From contig CAJINV010000007.1 of NCBI GenBank assembly GCA_905178155.1, positions 1,965,151 through 2,029,150 on the forward strand: a stretch of 64,000 bases of DNA, written 5' to 3'. The stretch is from Amoebophrya sp. A120 (taxonomy: Eukaryota > Protista > Dinoflagellata). Position numbers and translations under genes: made by a program. Shown here one piece after another: positions 24,563-38,338 of this stretch. Within the stretch, counting starts at the first letter, position 1, and the number at the start of each line of letters is the position of its first letter. The notes beneath the pieces were generated by a model. The model was not told the origin of the DNA and ran no database searches. It was given only the letters and a program-made list of their open reading frames with translations.

Positions 24563-25777
24563 AGAGGTCGAGTCGTCTCGTGTAGATGTAGTTCTACTTG
24601 TTCACCTGCAATCTTCGAGACGACTTCCTGAACTTTACGATTACGAATGCGATGTATAGCTGCAATTTCTTCACCTCTGCTCTCGAGGAGAACTACCTAG
24701 CTACTCGTCGTAATCAAATATAACGCTCAGGATTTTCACCAATTTCATCCCAACAGAGCCGCAGGACGCTCGTTGTCCGAACGGATGAAATAACGCAGAA
24801 AAACCACGAAGAGTTATAAGTAGCTGCACCTTCAACTACAGGAACAGAACTGCCGCAGATGGATGCAATACTTAGAAACGATAGAGTAACACTGACTCCG
24901 TATGAATATGGACATCGGGGAAAGGTCCTTCACCTTTCCACCTCGACCAGAGCACGAAGATCCGGTCGCCTTTGGAACACGACACGCTGCACAAGACGCG
25001 GATGAGCAGGGTAGGGCGGGACGGTGCAATCATATCTCTCATGTATCGGATTTGCATTTAGTCGTTGTCAGACAAAAGAGCAGTTCTCCAAAACTATTTC
25101 GTCTGCGGTTAGCAATAGCGGGTCTTCGGTAAAACATTCTTGTGGACGAAGTTCCTTCTGTAGTTCATGATGACGAGAACGAGATTAAAGATGAAGATGA
25201 ATAAATAAACAACACCCACATAAATGGCTTCTTGCTTTTCAAGATTTTGTGTTCTCAGGATGAATTCCAATTTTACTTTCCTAGTGTGTAATATCTGTAC
25301 CTTATTTTCGAAATTCCTCTAAATTTTCTTTGCCCCCACAAACCAAAAATGAAAAGATATATACCACTTCCTGTCTGATTTGTCGAGATGATGTTGAAGC
25401 GTGCTCTTCACAAAAACTTAGGCAAATGAAACAAATTCGAGGACTTATCTTCACATTAACACGACAAAACGCATGTATATCAAAAACAAAAAGTCAAGCT
25501 TATGAGGAGTAATGGTTGTTGTGTTGCTGAAGGAAAGCTGAAGCTAGGCTCCACCTCAAAAGAACATTTTTTTTTGCCACCCTGTACGGGCTGTCTTTGT
25601 CTTACGGCATTGAAGCTGCTCGAAAAGAGCACGAGGAAGAGGGCCATTTACAAGTAGCACGACGTTTTTCTCTTGAGAAGGTGCTGGTCTACTCTCTCAC
25701 TCTGCAACTGCTTCATTCCACGTGTCATATCAGTAAGTACTTCGTTCTCAAACTAATGCAGCTACTTTCAAATGGAA

Positions 25778-28700
25778 CTACAATCGCAGCAGTCTGGTCG
25801 GGTCCAATCCGTACGCCGCGCGCACTCGGTGGTACTCCAGTTCTTGCTTGAACTGTTGCACCTCGATCCCGACCACTTTTCCACTTTCGTCGAAGCGCAG
25901 CGGCGGCTGCCGATATACTGCCAGATCCGCGCCCAACCAGGTGCCCGCGCGCTCCAGGTTCTGCACCCAGTCCTTGCTGTGCCAGTGTTTCGTTTGCTTT
26001 TTGAGAAAAGGTTGAAGGGAAGAGGAGGAAAAAATTTGGAGCAGTTCCTCGGTCAACTCCTCCACCTGCATGGGATCGTCGTCTGGAGGATTGTTAATGC
26101 TAACGTCCCGCCGAGGCGTGGACGGTGGATCAGGTGCCGCTGCGTCCTGATCCATGTTTTCGAAGTGGCGCGGCGTAGAAGTTCCTTGGTGAGGACCGTC
26201 GTGCGGGGGCTCCTGTTCTTGGGGTAAGGAATTTCGGCCGGCGGGAGGGAGCGACACGCTGCTGCTCACGGTGATGAGGTTGTGGGCCGCGGGGTGGGCT
26301 GCAAATTGGTTTTGAGCTCCAGCACCTGCTTCTACTTGTCCTGCTGAAGTCTCATTCTCTATTCCCTGATCCTCCTCGTTGTTGAAAAAGGTCGAATAAA
26401 AAATCTCCTCCGCGTCGGGGAGGATGTTGTCCAGGAAATGCGGGTCATCTACAGCCTCTACCTGCTCTTCACCCGATTCAACACGGTAAAATTCTTGCTC
26501 TCGTCTTCTTTTTCCACCCTTAACCTGAGCTTCTACTTCCGCGAGTCGAGCAGCCAGTTTCTCCTGCTTCTCTTTTTCAATGTGCAGGCGCCACAGCCGT
26601 TCCGCGTCTTGTGGGTCAGGAGCCAAGAGGGCCATCCGGTCAAGCCCGGACGCCATCGGCGAGTGGAATAGCTGCTCTTCGTGGCGCCGCCGGCGTTGCT
26701 GCTGTTCTGGACTTGCGTCGAAAAAGTGATCAGTGGACGAGGAGGACGGGGTATTTTGCTGTTGCTGGTTTAGAGTCATCAACATCTCTGATGTGGATGT
26801 CGGTTGCGTTTCATGGAACTGTCCAAAAAGCGGCTGGCTTTCGCTTTCATAATTATCTTCATAACTACCGGCGCCAATGCCAGGGGTAGTTGTAGTATGC
26901 GCGTCTTTCCACGCAGCTCCCCGCCTTGTCTCTCTAGTACTACTGCTTTTTCTTGTTCTTTCTTCTTTACGATTCCTCCCAATGAACTCGGTATACACCA
27001 TCTCTATGATGATGACGGTCACGGCCATCAGTGCCCGTTCATACCCAACCTTAGTAGCGTAGTCCAGCACTAACCGCAACCCGCCCGCGTCGAGGAGCTG
27101 CGTGCACAGGCCGGAGAAAACTTTCAGCCACACGGGCGACAGCCGGAGAGAGAGTTCGCGGTCGTCGTCCCTTGCATTTTCGTCCTGCGGAAACGAGCCG
27201 GCAGCCTTCTGAAAGAGCTTGACAAACACGCGGTGCCGCAACGCGCGCTCCGGCCTCAGTCCCCAACCGTGCAGAACGATGAGATTTTTGTCCTGCTTGT
27301 TTCGCAAGGTGCGCCGAAGGAGGTGGTCCCCGCTGGTGGTAAGGGGGTTCGCTGTAGCGGCCTGGTCGAGTACGTCGTAGCTCTTGGTAAAATCTACTAC
27401 ATCATCCCGTCTTGTGGCCGACGAGGGACAGAAAGCTGCACCTCCTCCCAGTGTTGAAGGCGCTCCTGCACCACGATCTTGTGACTGTGAATTTTGTGAT
27501 GTAGCAGTTCCCAAGCACGACGGAGCCGGACTGTTTGCCCTGCAAAAATCGAGATTTTTCAGAGGGCGCAGACTTGCTCTTTTTCCGGGACTGCTACTGC
27601 TTGATGTGCTATCTCTATCTCTGCTGCGCAGTGGACGAGGAGCAGCAGCACCGCAGCAGCTCAGCGGACTAGTTAGGTCGAGATGTGTTATTCCGCCGCC
27701 CCCCACTCGGCCCCCGTAGCTCGAGGATAGCAAGGAGTTACTCTCGTGAGACGAGCTCAGGTACGAATTGTGCTCGTTGTATGCACAGACAAAAAGAGTT
27801 TATTCGCGCAAGTACAAATTATGGCACAACAGATCCACGTGCTGTTTTTGGCACAGGCATGAGCATGGTCCTCCAGCTGAAGCAAGATTGTACAATTTAT
27901 CAATATTGCTCTGTTGCTGCTTCAGTCGCGTACATGATTGAGCAAACGCATTGGAAAAAGATATTTTTGCAGAGTTTGTCGGGACCACTGCTCTATCCCG
28001 TTATCAGATTTTGTACATGCGCGATATCAGCACTGGTGGGTCGTTGTACTAGTTTTTCCTTTTGCCTACGTCCTGATAGAGAAGTGCGTCGGTTTTGCTG
28101 TCCCAGGTACACAGAGTGCATTCCATCTGCGGCACTAAGGCGACGGCGACGGCAAAGAACAAGATCGGTGCGTACTCTTTCACCAAATCGGGAGAAAACA
28201 GCCGCCGAAGCTCAAGGCCAAAAGAGCTGGGACCTGGGAACAACTTTGTGTTTGCTCCTGCAGCTCCGTCCCCTGTCTTAGTCCTGCCGAAACTTCTCGG
28301 CTCACGCTCGGCGCGTTCAAGTTCATCATCCTGCTCTCGGTCATCTCGTCCGTTGTAGTTCAAATGACTTCTCTGTTCCTCGCGACCGCGACTGCTCTCC
28401 TCAGAACTACTCGAGCCCGACGAGCTGGAGAGCGGGACTCTGTCCTTGTATCGCTTGCGTTGAAAATGGTGTACCAGATCGAGCGCCTTCTTTCCGCCGC
28501 CCTCAGTGCCGTGCAACGCCCCCTCCCCAGGGGAGGCTGTAGTACCTCCTGCCGAACAAGAAGCTCCTGCTTCTAGCGGCCTCGACGAGGTCGAACTCGA
28601 TGCTCCTCCCGTTACCAGCCCAGAAATGCCGGATATGAAGTGATAAGGCGCAGCGAAAACCATGTGGATGCCGCCGGCGATCGTCATTCCGCTGCTGGGC

Positions 28701-31700
28701 GCTGCGGCTTGTGCTTGCGGCGAGGGCTGTAATGACATTTGTGCATGTTCTACAGTAGTTCTTTCAGCAGGAGAGTTGTAATTCGGAAGATTGCCTGCGT
28801 CATAATCAGCTTCTCGCACTCGCCCCCCGCCAAACAGAAAGGGGTCCTCAGAAGTGTCGTTTCTCTGGTGCGCCGCCGGCACTGACTGGGATAAAAATTC
28901 CGTGCAGGGATAAAAGTTCGTCCTCTTCCACCCAGCACACTCTGCCTTATACTTCTCGGGGTAGCTCTGGATCTGATGTTGGCATCTCTCTCGAAGATCA
29001 GAAACGAATTCCCGGTAGCAAGTTTGCATGTCCCGTTGCGCCCAGCGGAGATGGTCGCTCTCGTTGTCCCCGAGGAGATCATCGTCGAAAAATTCAGCGT
29101 GCTTGTCCATTATTACATCAACTTCTGTTGCAGTGGGACTAGTACTGAAAATATCTCTTCGTGGAGGTGGTCCGGGTCGTCCCCCGTCGTCGTGCTCTGC
29201 CCCCGGCTCTGCGGGGGCGGCCCGTCGGTTAGAAGTTATCCAGGAAAAAGCACCCATCTCCATCCATTTTTTGCATGACAAATAGTGGAGTTTATGCATG
29301 TTTTGCATTACAGTTACAAATTGGATGGAGATGGGTGTTTTTTCCTGGATAGAAGTTCCTCTGTCTCTACTTTCCGCCTTTTGTTCTCGACCCTCTCGTC
29401 CTGCCCCGCTCGATACCAGCAGCGGCGGAACGGCAAACGCCGGCGCGGTGGTGACCTCTTGCCTCGGGAGCAGAAGACTGGCCTCGCCCTTCATCGTCAG
29501 GAGTATGCGCTCGCAGCAGTTGGGAATCGTCTGCTCCAGAAAGAAGAGCAACAACCAAAAGTATGCCTCCTCTTCTTCAAACTCGATATCCTGTGTAAAA
29601 GTCGTACTAATTGTATTTATGCATTACAAATCTAGTTCCTAAGGCAAATCCGCATGACAAATTCAATTTGTAATGCTGAGCCAATTTGTATTGCAATGTA
29701 TACTAGTACGATACTTGTGCAGTTCATACTCGACCGATAGCAGCAGTGTGAACACGAACAGGGTCATTCCCTGCGTGAAGCGCTTCGCCGAGGACGTAAC
29801 AGCAGTAGCACGGGCCACAGCTGCGGCGCCGGCCAAGGGGGTGGCTGATACTGTGGCTGCAGCTGGAATGGCCTGATAGGCGAGAAGAAGGTTTTTAATG
29901 GTCTGTTGTTGTGCTTCTGTTGGAAGATACTTCTCCGGCTCGGAAGGGGGCGGCTTTTCTCCTCGCTGTTCGGTGGAACTACAGTCTTCATCTTCGAGAA
30001 GTTCTGTCTGAGTCTGCTTCCCTCCAGGAGTTGTTCTTGTTTCGTGCTGGTGTACTATGTTATCGTCGACTCCGGACGACCACAGCCGCGCGGAGGCATT
30101 ATCTTTTGAGTTCTTTTTTTTGCATCGTCTCGTACTTCCTTTCGCTTTCGCGTCCTCGGTGTCGTATTTTTTCTCATGGACGCCCCCGCTGCTTTCATTC
30201 GCTTCCATCTGCTGATCGCCAATAATATCGGTTGCAGCTGTAGTTTCTTCTTCCCACGCGCTTTTCGAGGACGATGATCTGGACCAATCCGGAGCGACCA
30301 GCCAATGCGGTTTGAATCTGGGGTTGGATACCCTACTTCCTCTCCCACCGCTATTCTTGGAAGCCGCTGATGTCCCCGACGATAACGCCGCGTCCCCTTT
30401 CGAAGATTCGACCCTTGTCGTTGCGAAGGTTTCCAAAGCGCTGGTGTTATTGTGTACTACATCTCTTGCAGGCATTGCTCTTGGCAGCTCGTTGGATCGT
30501 TTTTGTTCATTCTTATCCTGCTCGGTGGTGCTGGAAAAGGTCGTCGAGAGTAAGGTCTTATCTTTTGTCTCACACAACAAGCTTTGCGAAGAAGATCCTA
30601 GACGAGGAAAGGGTCGTGTGCAGGCTGCGGGCTGCTGCTCCAGAGACACGACGCTCAAGAGGTCGCGCGTGCCTCTACTAGAAGGTCTCGTAGACGACAG
30701 ATGCGATGGCTGAGAGGTTCTTTCAGGCCATGGAGTACCCGCAGCTTGAAGGTCACAACTATTAGAGGTCGACCCGGTACTAGTCACCAGCTCCCTTAAT
30801 TTCAACGGCGGGACTAGGCAACTCGATGCAGCTCTAGTTCTTGCAGGTCGATGTGATGATGAAGTAGCAGGATCAACATCCCCATGCTGCTTCTCTTCAA
30901 CAGAAGTTGCTTCAACTTCATTGCTGGATCTGGATCTTGATGCAGATGCTCCTGAAGATTTTTCCTTTTTGTACAAAAAGGTTCTTGCCAAGTCCGCATC
31001 AATCGCCGGGCCGAAGACCAGTTCTAGCATTTTCCCTCGCGCCAACAGCACCGCGTAAATCCCGGCACCGGGAACCGTGTCGGGCGCGTTCTGCGTTTTT
31101 TGGTCGGTCTTGTTTCTCTCCAGCCATTCGTCGCTAGCGGTCCGGCAAGTGCGGGAGGGCTGTTTTGAAGAAAATGAGCTGGCACTTCTATCGTGCTGCT
31201 CGACCTCTTCATGTGGTGACATCAAGTTCAAGTCCTCGTCTCTCGGGAGTTGTTCTGTACTTCTTCCCGGTCGATCTCGATTCCTTTCCGTTCGCGCCTC
31301 TGGAAACACCAGCTGCTCGCCAGAACTGCTCTCAGTCGTGCCACCAGGTAGAGTAGAAGCAGCTCCGGCAGAAGAGAACTGCGATGAGGATACTGACCCA
31401 TGACCCCGCATGTCGCAGCGCGCCGTGCGCAACGCACTGGAAAAAGAGCGGAGAAACGGCGGGGTAGAATAAACCATTTCATCAGGGCCAGCACCAGCGG
31501 GGCGGGCCAGGTAAGGATCAGATCCTAGTACGAGAATGCTGCTGCTGTTCTTTCGACCGTCGTAATAGAGATCATCTTCATGCGCGGGATGTTGACCTCC
31601 GCTCGATGTTGTTCTTCCAGGGGGCAATAGAGGACCTTCTTTTTGTTCAGTGGAATTCGAGCAGCTGGCACCTCCGACAGCTGGTGCCGCTGCAACATGG

Positions 31701-34700
31701 TAGTGGTCCATGTTCAAAAACTTCCAGGGGGTCTGCAAACTGCTGAGCGGTCCGTGGTGCGCGCGCGTGTTTAGGAGTTCCAGAGACAGTAGATCGCGGA
31801 TGCCGTTCCCGAACATCTTCCGCGCAAGCACCGCTCGGCGTCGCCAAGAGACAGATATGTCGTAGGACGAGGCAAAGTCCACGTCCAGCTGCGAGGGCCT
31901 GGTGCGGAAAAGCCACGGGACCTCCTTCTGGTCGAAGTCGGAGGTATTGTGCTCGATATATTTCAACCTCTGCGGATCATCTTCTCCCGCGGGGGGAACA
32001 ACATCAGTCCGAGTCCGAGGGAGTAGAGAGCGAGTGTCTACTACTTCAGGGCCACCGTGGTTATTCTTATTTTCAACAAGATTTTGGCCGCTCTTGTTAT
32101 TTTCACGACGTCGACGACCACCGACGCTGGATAATAAAGCATGCTCTCCTGAAGATGAAGCATCTTCTTGTCGAAGCAATTGGACTCGCGGCGAAGTTCT
32201 TGTGCCTTGTTCTAGAACTTGCTGTGGACGAAGATCATCACGACGCACGTGGCCCCCGCCGCTAGCGGGGAGATCGCCTGCTTCTTTGCTCCAGCCGTGC
32301 GGAGACCAGACATTGTTCCCAACAGCAGTTGCAGTGCTGCTGGAATATACAGTCACATGCGGATCCCTCCTTCCTGTAGGGCTCGCGCTCTCGGAGGACG
32401 CCGAGTTCAGCCGCTCGACCTGGAGCAACGAATGGATAGAGGACCGTGGTGGATTTGTTCTGGAGGACAGCGTGTCGGTGTCGCCCAGGGCGAGACAAGG
32501 AGAAGTGCAGGACATACTCGTATCGTGTTGGCAACTACTAGTTGCACAAGCCGGATCTTCATGCTCAAGACTCAGGCATTCCTGCATCTGCTGTAGCTGA
32601 GCCGGGTCTGAAACGCTGCGCTCGTACACAGACGGCTGTATTTCTAGAGGGTCCACCCGTCCCTCCTGCACCTGCTTGCCACGTCCAGAGCTGAACAGCG
32701 CGTCCTCAGTTCTCTTTCGTAGTGACACTCTTGCTGCCGGGCTCTGAGCCATCCCAAACCTACCAAGCGCGGACGACGACGTTCTTGCTCCAGCTTGCTG
32801 CCGTTGCGGTCCAGCTCCGAAGATATTAGCAGCCCCTCTGCAGCTACTACTAGAACCCGCACTCATGATCTCGGGCGCGGCGCAGGCCGTCGCGGCGCTC
32901 TGTAATATTCCGAGGGAGCCGCGCGAGAGGAGATTATTGGTTCCCGTCTTGTTGCTCAACATACTGCCGATGCCGACAGAAGTCGTTGAGTCTACTTTTG
33001 TTTGTGTCGTGCCATCTTCCGCAGCGTGGAGGAGGTTTCTGCTCCCCGATCCTGATGCGCAGCTCCTCCCTGTGAAATCAGGAGAGGACGACAAGACACT
33101 CTGGATGCTCGAGGTGAAAGGCAACGCTGTGCTTTTTATCCATAGTAAATTTCCTGTACACGTACAAATCACCACTTTTTGTCATGCAAAATTGAAAAGA
33201 AACGCGGCTTCGAAAAAAAAAAAATTGCTGCCTTTTTGGGTGCTGCCGAGTGAATATATCTACCCGGAATGGTATCGCTAGTGAGATCCGGACTCACGGC
33301 GCTGCAGTAGCTTTCTCTAATCAGCTAGCGTCTTTAAAATTCTTCCCGGAAAGCCTTCGCCTGTCGCCCCCTCGACTCATAGCGACCGCGGCACAACATG
33401 CATCGCTATTAAATTTCGGGACAAGGGTCCCAAGGTGTGCCGACCCTGCGCCGCATTGCGCGTATTTCTGGGCGGGGACATGTGACAGAAGACACACCGA
33501 GGAGGATACAACAATGAGCCTGCCCGGCCGATTGATGAACTTAGGCAGTTGCGTTTTAGGTGAGAGACTAGTCAGTGGGCGGCTGTGTTTGATTTGGTTT
33601 CCGACTTTTTGAAAGCAGCCGCTAATGCATTTGGGCAAGCTGGCAACCCTAATTTCCAACTCGATGCGATGGCTAGTTTTGGCCTTTTGTAGCGTTCACG
33701 CACGGAAACAGTTTTTCACTTGGGCTGATCGGCTTCACAACCCGCGCGGCGAGATCTCCGGCGCGGAGATCGTCGCCAGCGAGAAAAAGCCGCGACATTT
33801 TCTTGCGAAAAAAATGCTCGCGAGTTCTGCAAAAACATTTTTTCAGGGCTCAACTTCTAGCTTTCAGACCGCCGAAATCACGCGACTTGTTTCTGTACAG
33901 TAGATTTTTCCCGCATGGTATGGTGAAGCGAAGCATGCTCCTGTACACCAGTTTTCTTTTAGAAAGTGGTGTACAGGAGCAGCATCCAATTGACCATACC
34001 ATGCAGATTAAATCTACTGTACACAAATCACGTGCGTGATTCTCACGTCGTTTGAATACTGCCAACAGCTCGAAAAAAAAATATCTACCAACCCTCTCCA
34101 ACCAACCCTCTCCGACCAACCCTCTCCGACCATCCCTCTCCAACCAGCCCTCATTTGAAAACACAATGCCGCAGGCCCATCCCTCTTGCCGCATGTCGCA
34201 ACCAGGTGACGCGGGGACATGGAAGCAGCAATCTGGACGAAGACAATCGGCCCAGTAGCGGTCCCGGCTTTGAAACATTTATGGGCCAGGCCGTATGAGA
34301 GCCAGCAGGCCACTCCGAAGTCGGAGGCCCCTGATGTGGTTCGGATGGATTTACTCAGACGCTCCTCCCTGTGAAATCAGGAGAGGACGACAAGACACTC
34401 TGGATGCTCGAGGTGAAAGGCAACGCTGTGCTTTTGGAAGTTGTCGTACTTGACGGGGTGAAAGAACATGTACGCGCGCCTTGTAGTACGCCAGTGAAGT
34501 AGGCGTTGGATCCGCAGGTTGTTGAAGATGTAGGATTGTTTTTGATCATACTTGCAGATGACATGAGTGACATTGCTGCTCCAACACTTTCCTCTTCGTC
34601 CCTAGGACTGCCGAGCGGGAGCGGCGTCGGCCGAGGTCGTTCTTGCTGTGGTTCAGGGAGGTCGACGGCCGTTCTTCTCTCAGCAGCCCCACCAGGTACT

Positions 34701-36415
34701 ACCGGTCCTGTTTGTTCTCCTACAGCTGTACTGCGCTCAAATGCCAGGCGTCCGCGCTCCACGGGAATTCGTAGCAGTTCTTTTGGGGGCACACCTGGTA
34801 AAGATGCCGCGGTATACTCGGGCGCAACTGCAGTTGGTGGTATAATTCGTCGTCCACTTATTCCCGACGAGATTCCTGCGTCGACACCGCCAACTTGTAC
34901 ATCACTAGACGACGTGGTCAATCCTCCTGCCACAGGAGAAGTCCTTACCCCCATGATGTTCTTCTCTCCTGTGTGCTCCTGCGTGGTGGACGTGGCGGGT
35001 GTTGGCGCAAACAAAAAGGCGGGCACTCCCATGGCGACGCGGCTGGGGCTGATGCTGATCTGTGTTTGCTGATACCGCATGTTTGCGAGCGACGGAGCTG
35101 CGGAGGCACTCAGCAACGGCGCGGAGGCACTCAACTGATCAACACCAGAAGTTGATGCTCCTTCGTCCTGGAAATTGTTATAGGGAAGTCGCAACGTCGC
35201 AAGTCGGCCTTCATCTGTCGCTAGTGTCCTCGTCGTACTAATATCATACCTGCAACAACTGCCTCCTGTCATCATAGAAGAAGTCGCGGTGCTCATCTCC
35301 CGCCCTTCTGTTGCAGGTCCGGCATCGTCCCCTGCTTCTCGCTTTCGATTTCTCGTCGAAGTAGACTGTTTTCGGGCCGCGATTTCTCCCTGTATAATTT
35401 TCGGCAAGCGAGCCGACGCGGCACTCGGAGTTGATTTTGATGTTGCGCCGGCGGCACTAGAGCTGCCAGAAGATGAGGGATGCTGCAAATTTTGGGCGTA
35501 GGAAGACGAAGAGGAACGAAGATTCTGGTGCACATCATAGTACAAATCCGGGGGCGAAGGTGCGGGCATCGGCACCGGTGCTAGAAGCGCTGGACCAGAA
35601 CAAGGCTGGGCACCTCCACCAACGGCGTCCGTTTGCTCGCGCGGGTTCTGCAGCAAAGTTGTTTCTGTTGTTCTACTAGTACTAGTACTTGGCAGAAGGT
35701 TATTAGCATGCCTTGCCCACAACTCGAAAAATCTGTCGTTTACATCTTGCGAAGGGGAAGCCTCCTGCATACTAGGAGATGGAGCTCCCGGATGTTGATG
35801 TGCCACAGCTACTGGCGCAGCAGTTCTTTGGTGCAGTTCGTGTGGCCGCGCGGCCTCTTGCTGGTGCTCCCCCACATTACCGCTGCAACGGCTCCAAGCA
35901 GCAGCTTGCTGCTGCTGCTGCTGATCCCTCGCCCTCCACACGCATTCCGCCTCCACGGCTGCAGTCGCAACCCGCTCGCGACTTATATTCTCTCTTGCAA
36001 TAGCGTTGAACTCCGTCTGCGTCTGCTCGTCTCCGCGTTTGAGTTTGACCCGGTCGGCGTCCGCGCGCGCCTTCGCAAGCCATAGGTCGTGGAGGGTGGG
36101 GTGCTGCCCATACACAGAGGCACTGTAGGCCGCTTCAACCAGGAGCACGCCATCAAAGTCGTGAGAGGAGGAGGTGGAGAGCGAGAGCAATAGTATCGAA
36201 AGACTTTTAATAAAAAACAAACAGCCCGTAGCTGTTGACGCGGCGGCAAAAGCACCTGCGAACAACCAGAAGTAAATCTTCACGACCTGCTGGTTGTTGT
36301 CGTGTCGAACTAACCCACTTCTCCCACCGGGGCGACACGAAAGCAACGCATGCAGCTGGCGACGATTCCAATCTCGTGCCCGACGACCACGCTGGTGTCG
36401 TGAAGATGGCGACAT
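25778..36415 (-). CDS. Large TBC-domain (Rab-GAP) protein, multi-exon
   Basis: IDADLARTF (IxxDxxR arginine finger, 31003-30977); KNLLLAYQA...FTQGM (glutamine finger, 29779-29765); LLLSVE/FEEEEAYFWLL, rebuilt by removing 29587-29733; LVPQMECTLCTWD. ORFs 34355..36415, 29663..33175 and 28049..29554 join in frame. The junction to ORF 25778..27733 is unresolved. Confidence 0.7.
29237..29351. mobile_element. Introner, family A
   Basis: 30-bp TIR tatccaggaaaaagcacccatctccatcca with 1 mismatch. TSD gaagt at 29232-29236 and 29352-29356. Element plus TSD = 120 nt. Confidence 0.92.
29587..29728. mobile_element. Introner
   Basis: tat...ata ends with IR cores tcgtacta/tagtacga and tgcattacaaat/atttgtattgca. 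Perfect TSD ctcga. Removing 147 nt restores the TBC helix. Confidence 0.85.
33062..33136 (+). repeat. 75-bp direct repeat of coding sequence, copy 1 (copy 2 at 34361-34435)
   Basis: The two copies are identical, encode KSTALPFTSSIQSVLSSSPDFTGRS in both flanking ORFs and bracket a 1224-bp insert. Confidence 0.95.
34088..34152 (+). repeat. 14-bp tandem repeat CCAACCCTCTCCRA, about 4.5 copies
   Basis: Directly visible inside the 33137-34360 insert. Confidence 0.85.
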
Positions 36416-38338
36416 TGCGGTTTTCTAATCAACTCTGGTGCTGCTCTGTCCTTTCATTATCTCAATGGAGTCTGCGTTCGAAGATGATCCATTACCATTC
36501 CACCACGGAAGCGGTCTAATGAGACAACCAATGTGACTTCCTCAACAGCAGGATTGCAACATGGACATGTACGAAAATATGTCTATGTGCATGATCATGA
36601 TAAGGTCTGCCAGAATGGAATTCCACGACGCAGCACCCTCACGCAGCAAAATAATCCGGTTTTCAACTAGTACACGTACACATTTCATATTGCGCGCTCT
36701 TGGACAACTACAACGAGCGGCATCATAACGATCCAAACTTATGAAGAACTCAGACTCTTATATACGTAATTCAGGCGTCTGCATTGTTGCCCACATGAAG
36801 ATCACAAAATGGGAAGATCTTGAAGAGTCGACTACTGGTACTGTGTCATGTCAATATCAACTGGTCAAGAAATGAAAACTGCACTCAAGATCGATGTTGC
36901 CAACAACAACATGATGCGTGATAATCGAAATCGATTCAGTTCGCAGGGAAGACAGATGAAAGACTTGCAGCTGACGCAGAAGTAGTCACGAAAAATCATC
37001 ACCATCCGGAAGACGTCCTGTCACCATAGACCTCCCAACGCTGATCAACATATCTCCCTCTGGTGCTGCTGGTGCGCAAGGAAAGGCAAAGAAAAACACA
37101 TCATCCTTGTTTCCAATCCTGCGGGGCTGTCAGAGCAACACAAGAAGAAGTTGTTGCTCTTTCTGGTACATTAGCAAGATTTGTTTCATCGCCGGGGATT
37201 ATATCAATCCATCAGCAAAACGGCTGCACCCACCAGCTGGGGTGGTAAAAGTCATCCCCCTGATGTTGTTGTCCAAGCGCAATCGCATTCAATGGTAGGT
37301 AAATACATTGCACCAAAGATAAAACAATAGCTCAAGTTTAATAGTCAGCTTCTTGCTGGTGTAGCAGGGAAAATTTCTGCCCGTTCTTCAAGCTCAACAA
37401 CAAATTGTACAGTGGACGAAACAGTTGTAACAACAAGTTCTGAGAGTGTCACGATGAATAAAGTGGGTGAGAATACAACAAAGCCAAGATTTTACACTGC
37501 TGCCTCAGGAGGCGTGATAGGATTCTCCTCGTGGGTGAAAAGTTTCATAGTTCTTTGTATGAAGATGCACCCAATTTTATTCTCTCTTCGGTGTTGGACT
37601 GTATTTTCGTACAAAAATTATTGTAGTAGCTCTAGAAGTTGCCACCTTCAATCCGACCACCAGAACATCGCAAGAGCAGGTGGAAGGATTTGGACGATGT
37701 GTAGTATCTTTCTCGGAATTTGAAACAAACTAGCGGGGAACTGGTCCTCCATAGATGTAAATTTTTGTATACTTTGTAGTTCATTACTCTACTGCAAAAT
37801 TTTCTTTCGAATGTTTATCCGGCAAGTTTTGAGTTTATCTGGAAATCGGATGGAAGCGATTCAATCTTCTGCAAACGTAAGCTCATTTATTTCCTGGTGG
37901 ATGACTACTTTGTTTCCTTGAAATTGTAAAACTCTTTTTTGCATGATTCCGCGCAAGTAGGTTTGGTTCTGATGCTTTTTGTGCGCTACAAACAAGCCTA
38001 AGCACCAACATAATGCACAAGCATAATCTCTTGCTTCCGACGAAGAACGGTTAATCTTTTCATCAAAGCTCGGATCTGATGTTTAAGAAAACTGACATCG
38101 CTCATCTTCTTGTTCATCCTTTATTACGCTCCCCGCAGCACCGGTACTAGGTCACCGGAAAACATGCGGAGGGAAGAGGGCACCGGAAGAAAGCGGTACT
38201 CGCCCTGCGGCTGCTGGTCCGTGGTTTGATAGGTGCCCTCCAGCTGGAACCATGGGCGGCACGGGTTCGGTGCTGTTTTGAAGATTTTGTTCACAACCAG
38301 GTTTTTTGTACTAACTTGTGGTGCTGTAAAAAAGTGCT

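Noticed and set aside
27801-28026. Introner-like IR (tattcgcgcaagtacaaa / tttgtacatgcgcgata) in the TBC gene
   Set aside because: The TSD does not match and a stop at 28049 remains after removal. It is probably part of an intron, but the junction could not be resolved.
36500-38100. Possible decayed coding sequence
   Set aside because: Short interrupted frames with no recognisable family; cannot be supported.
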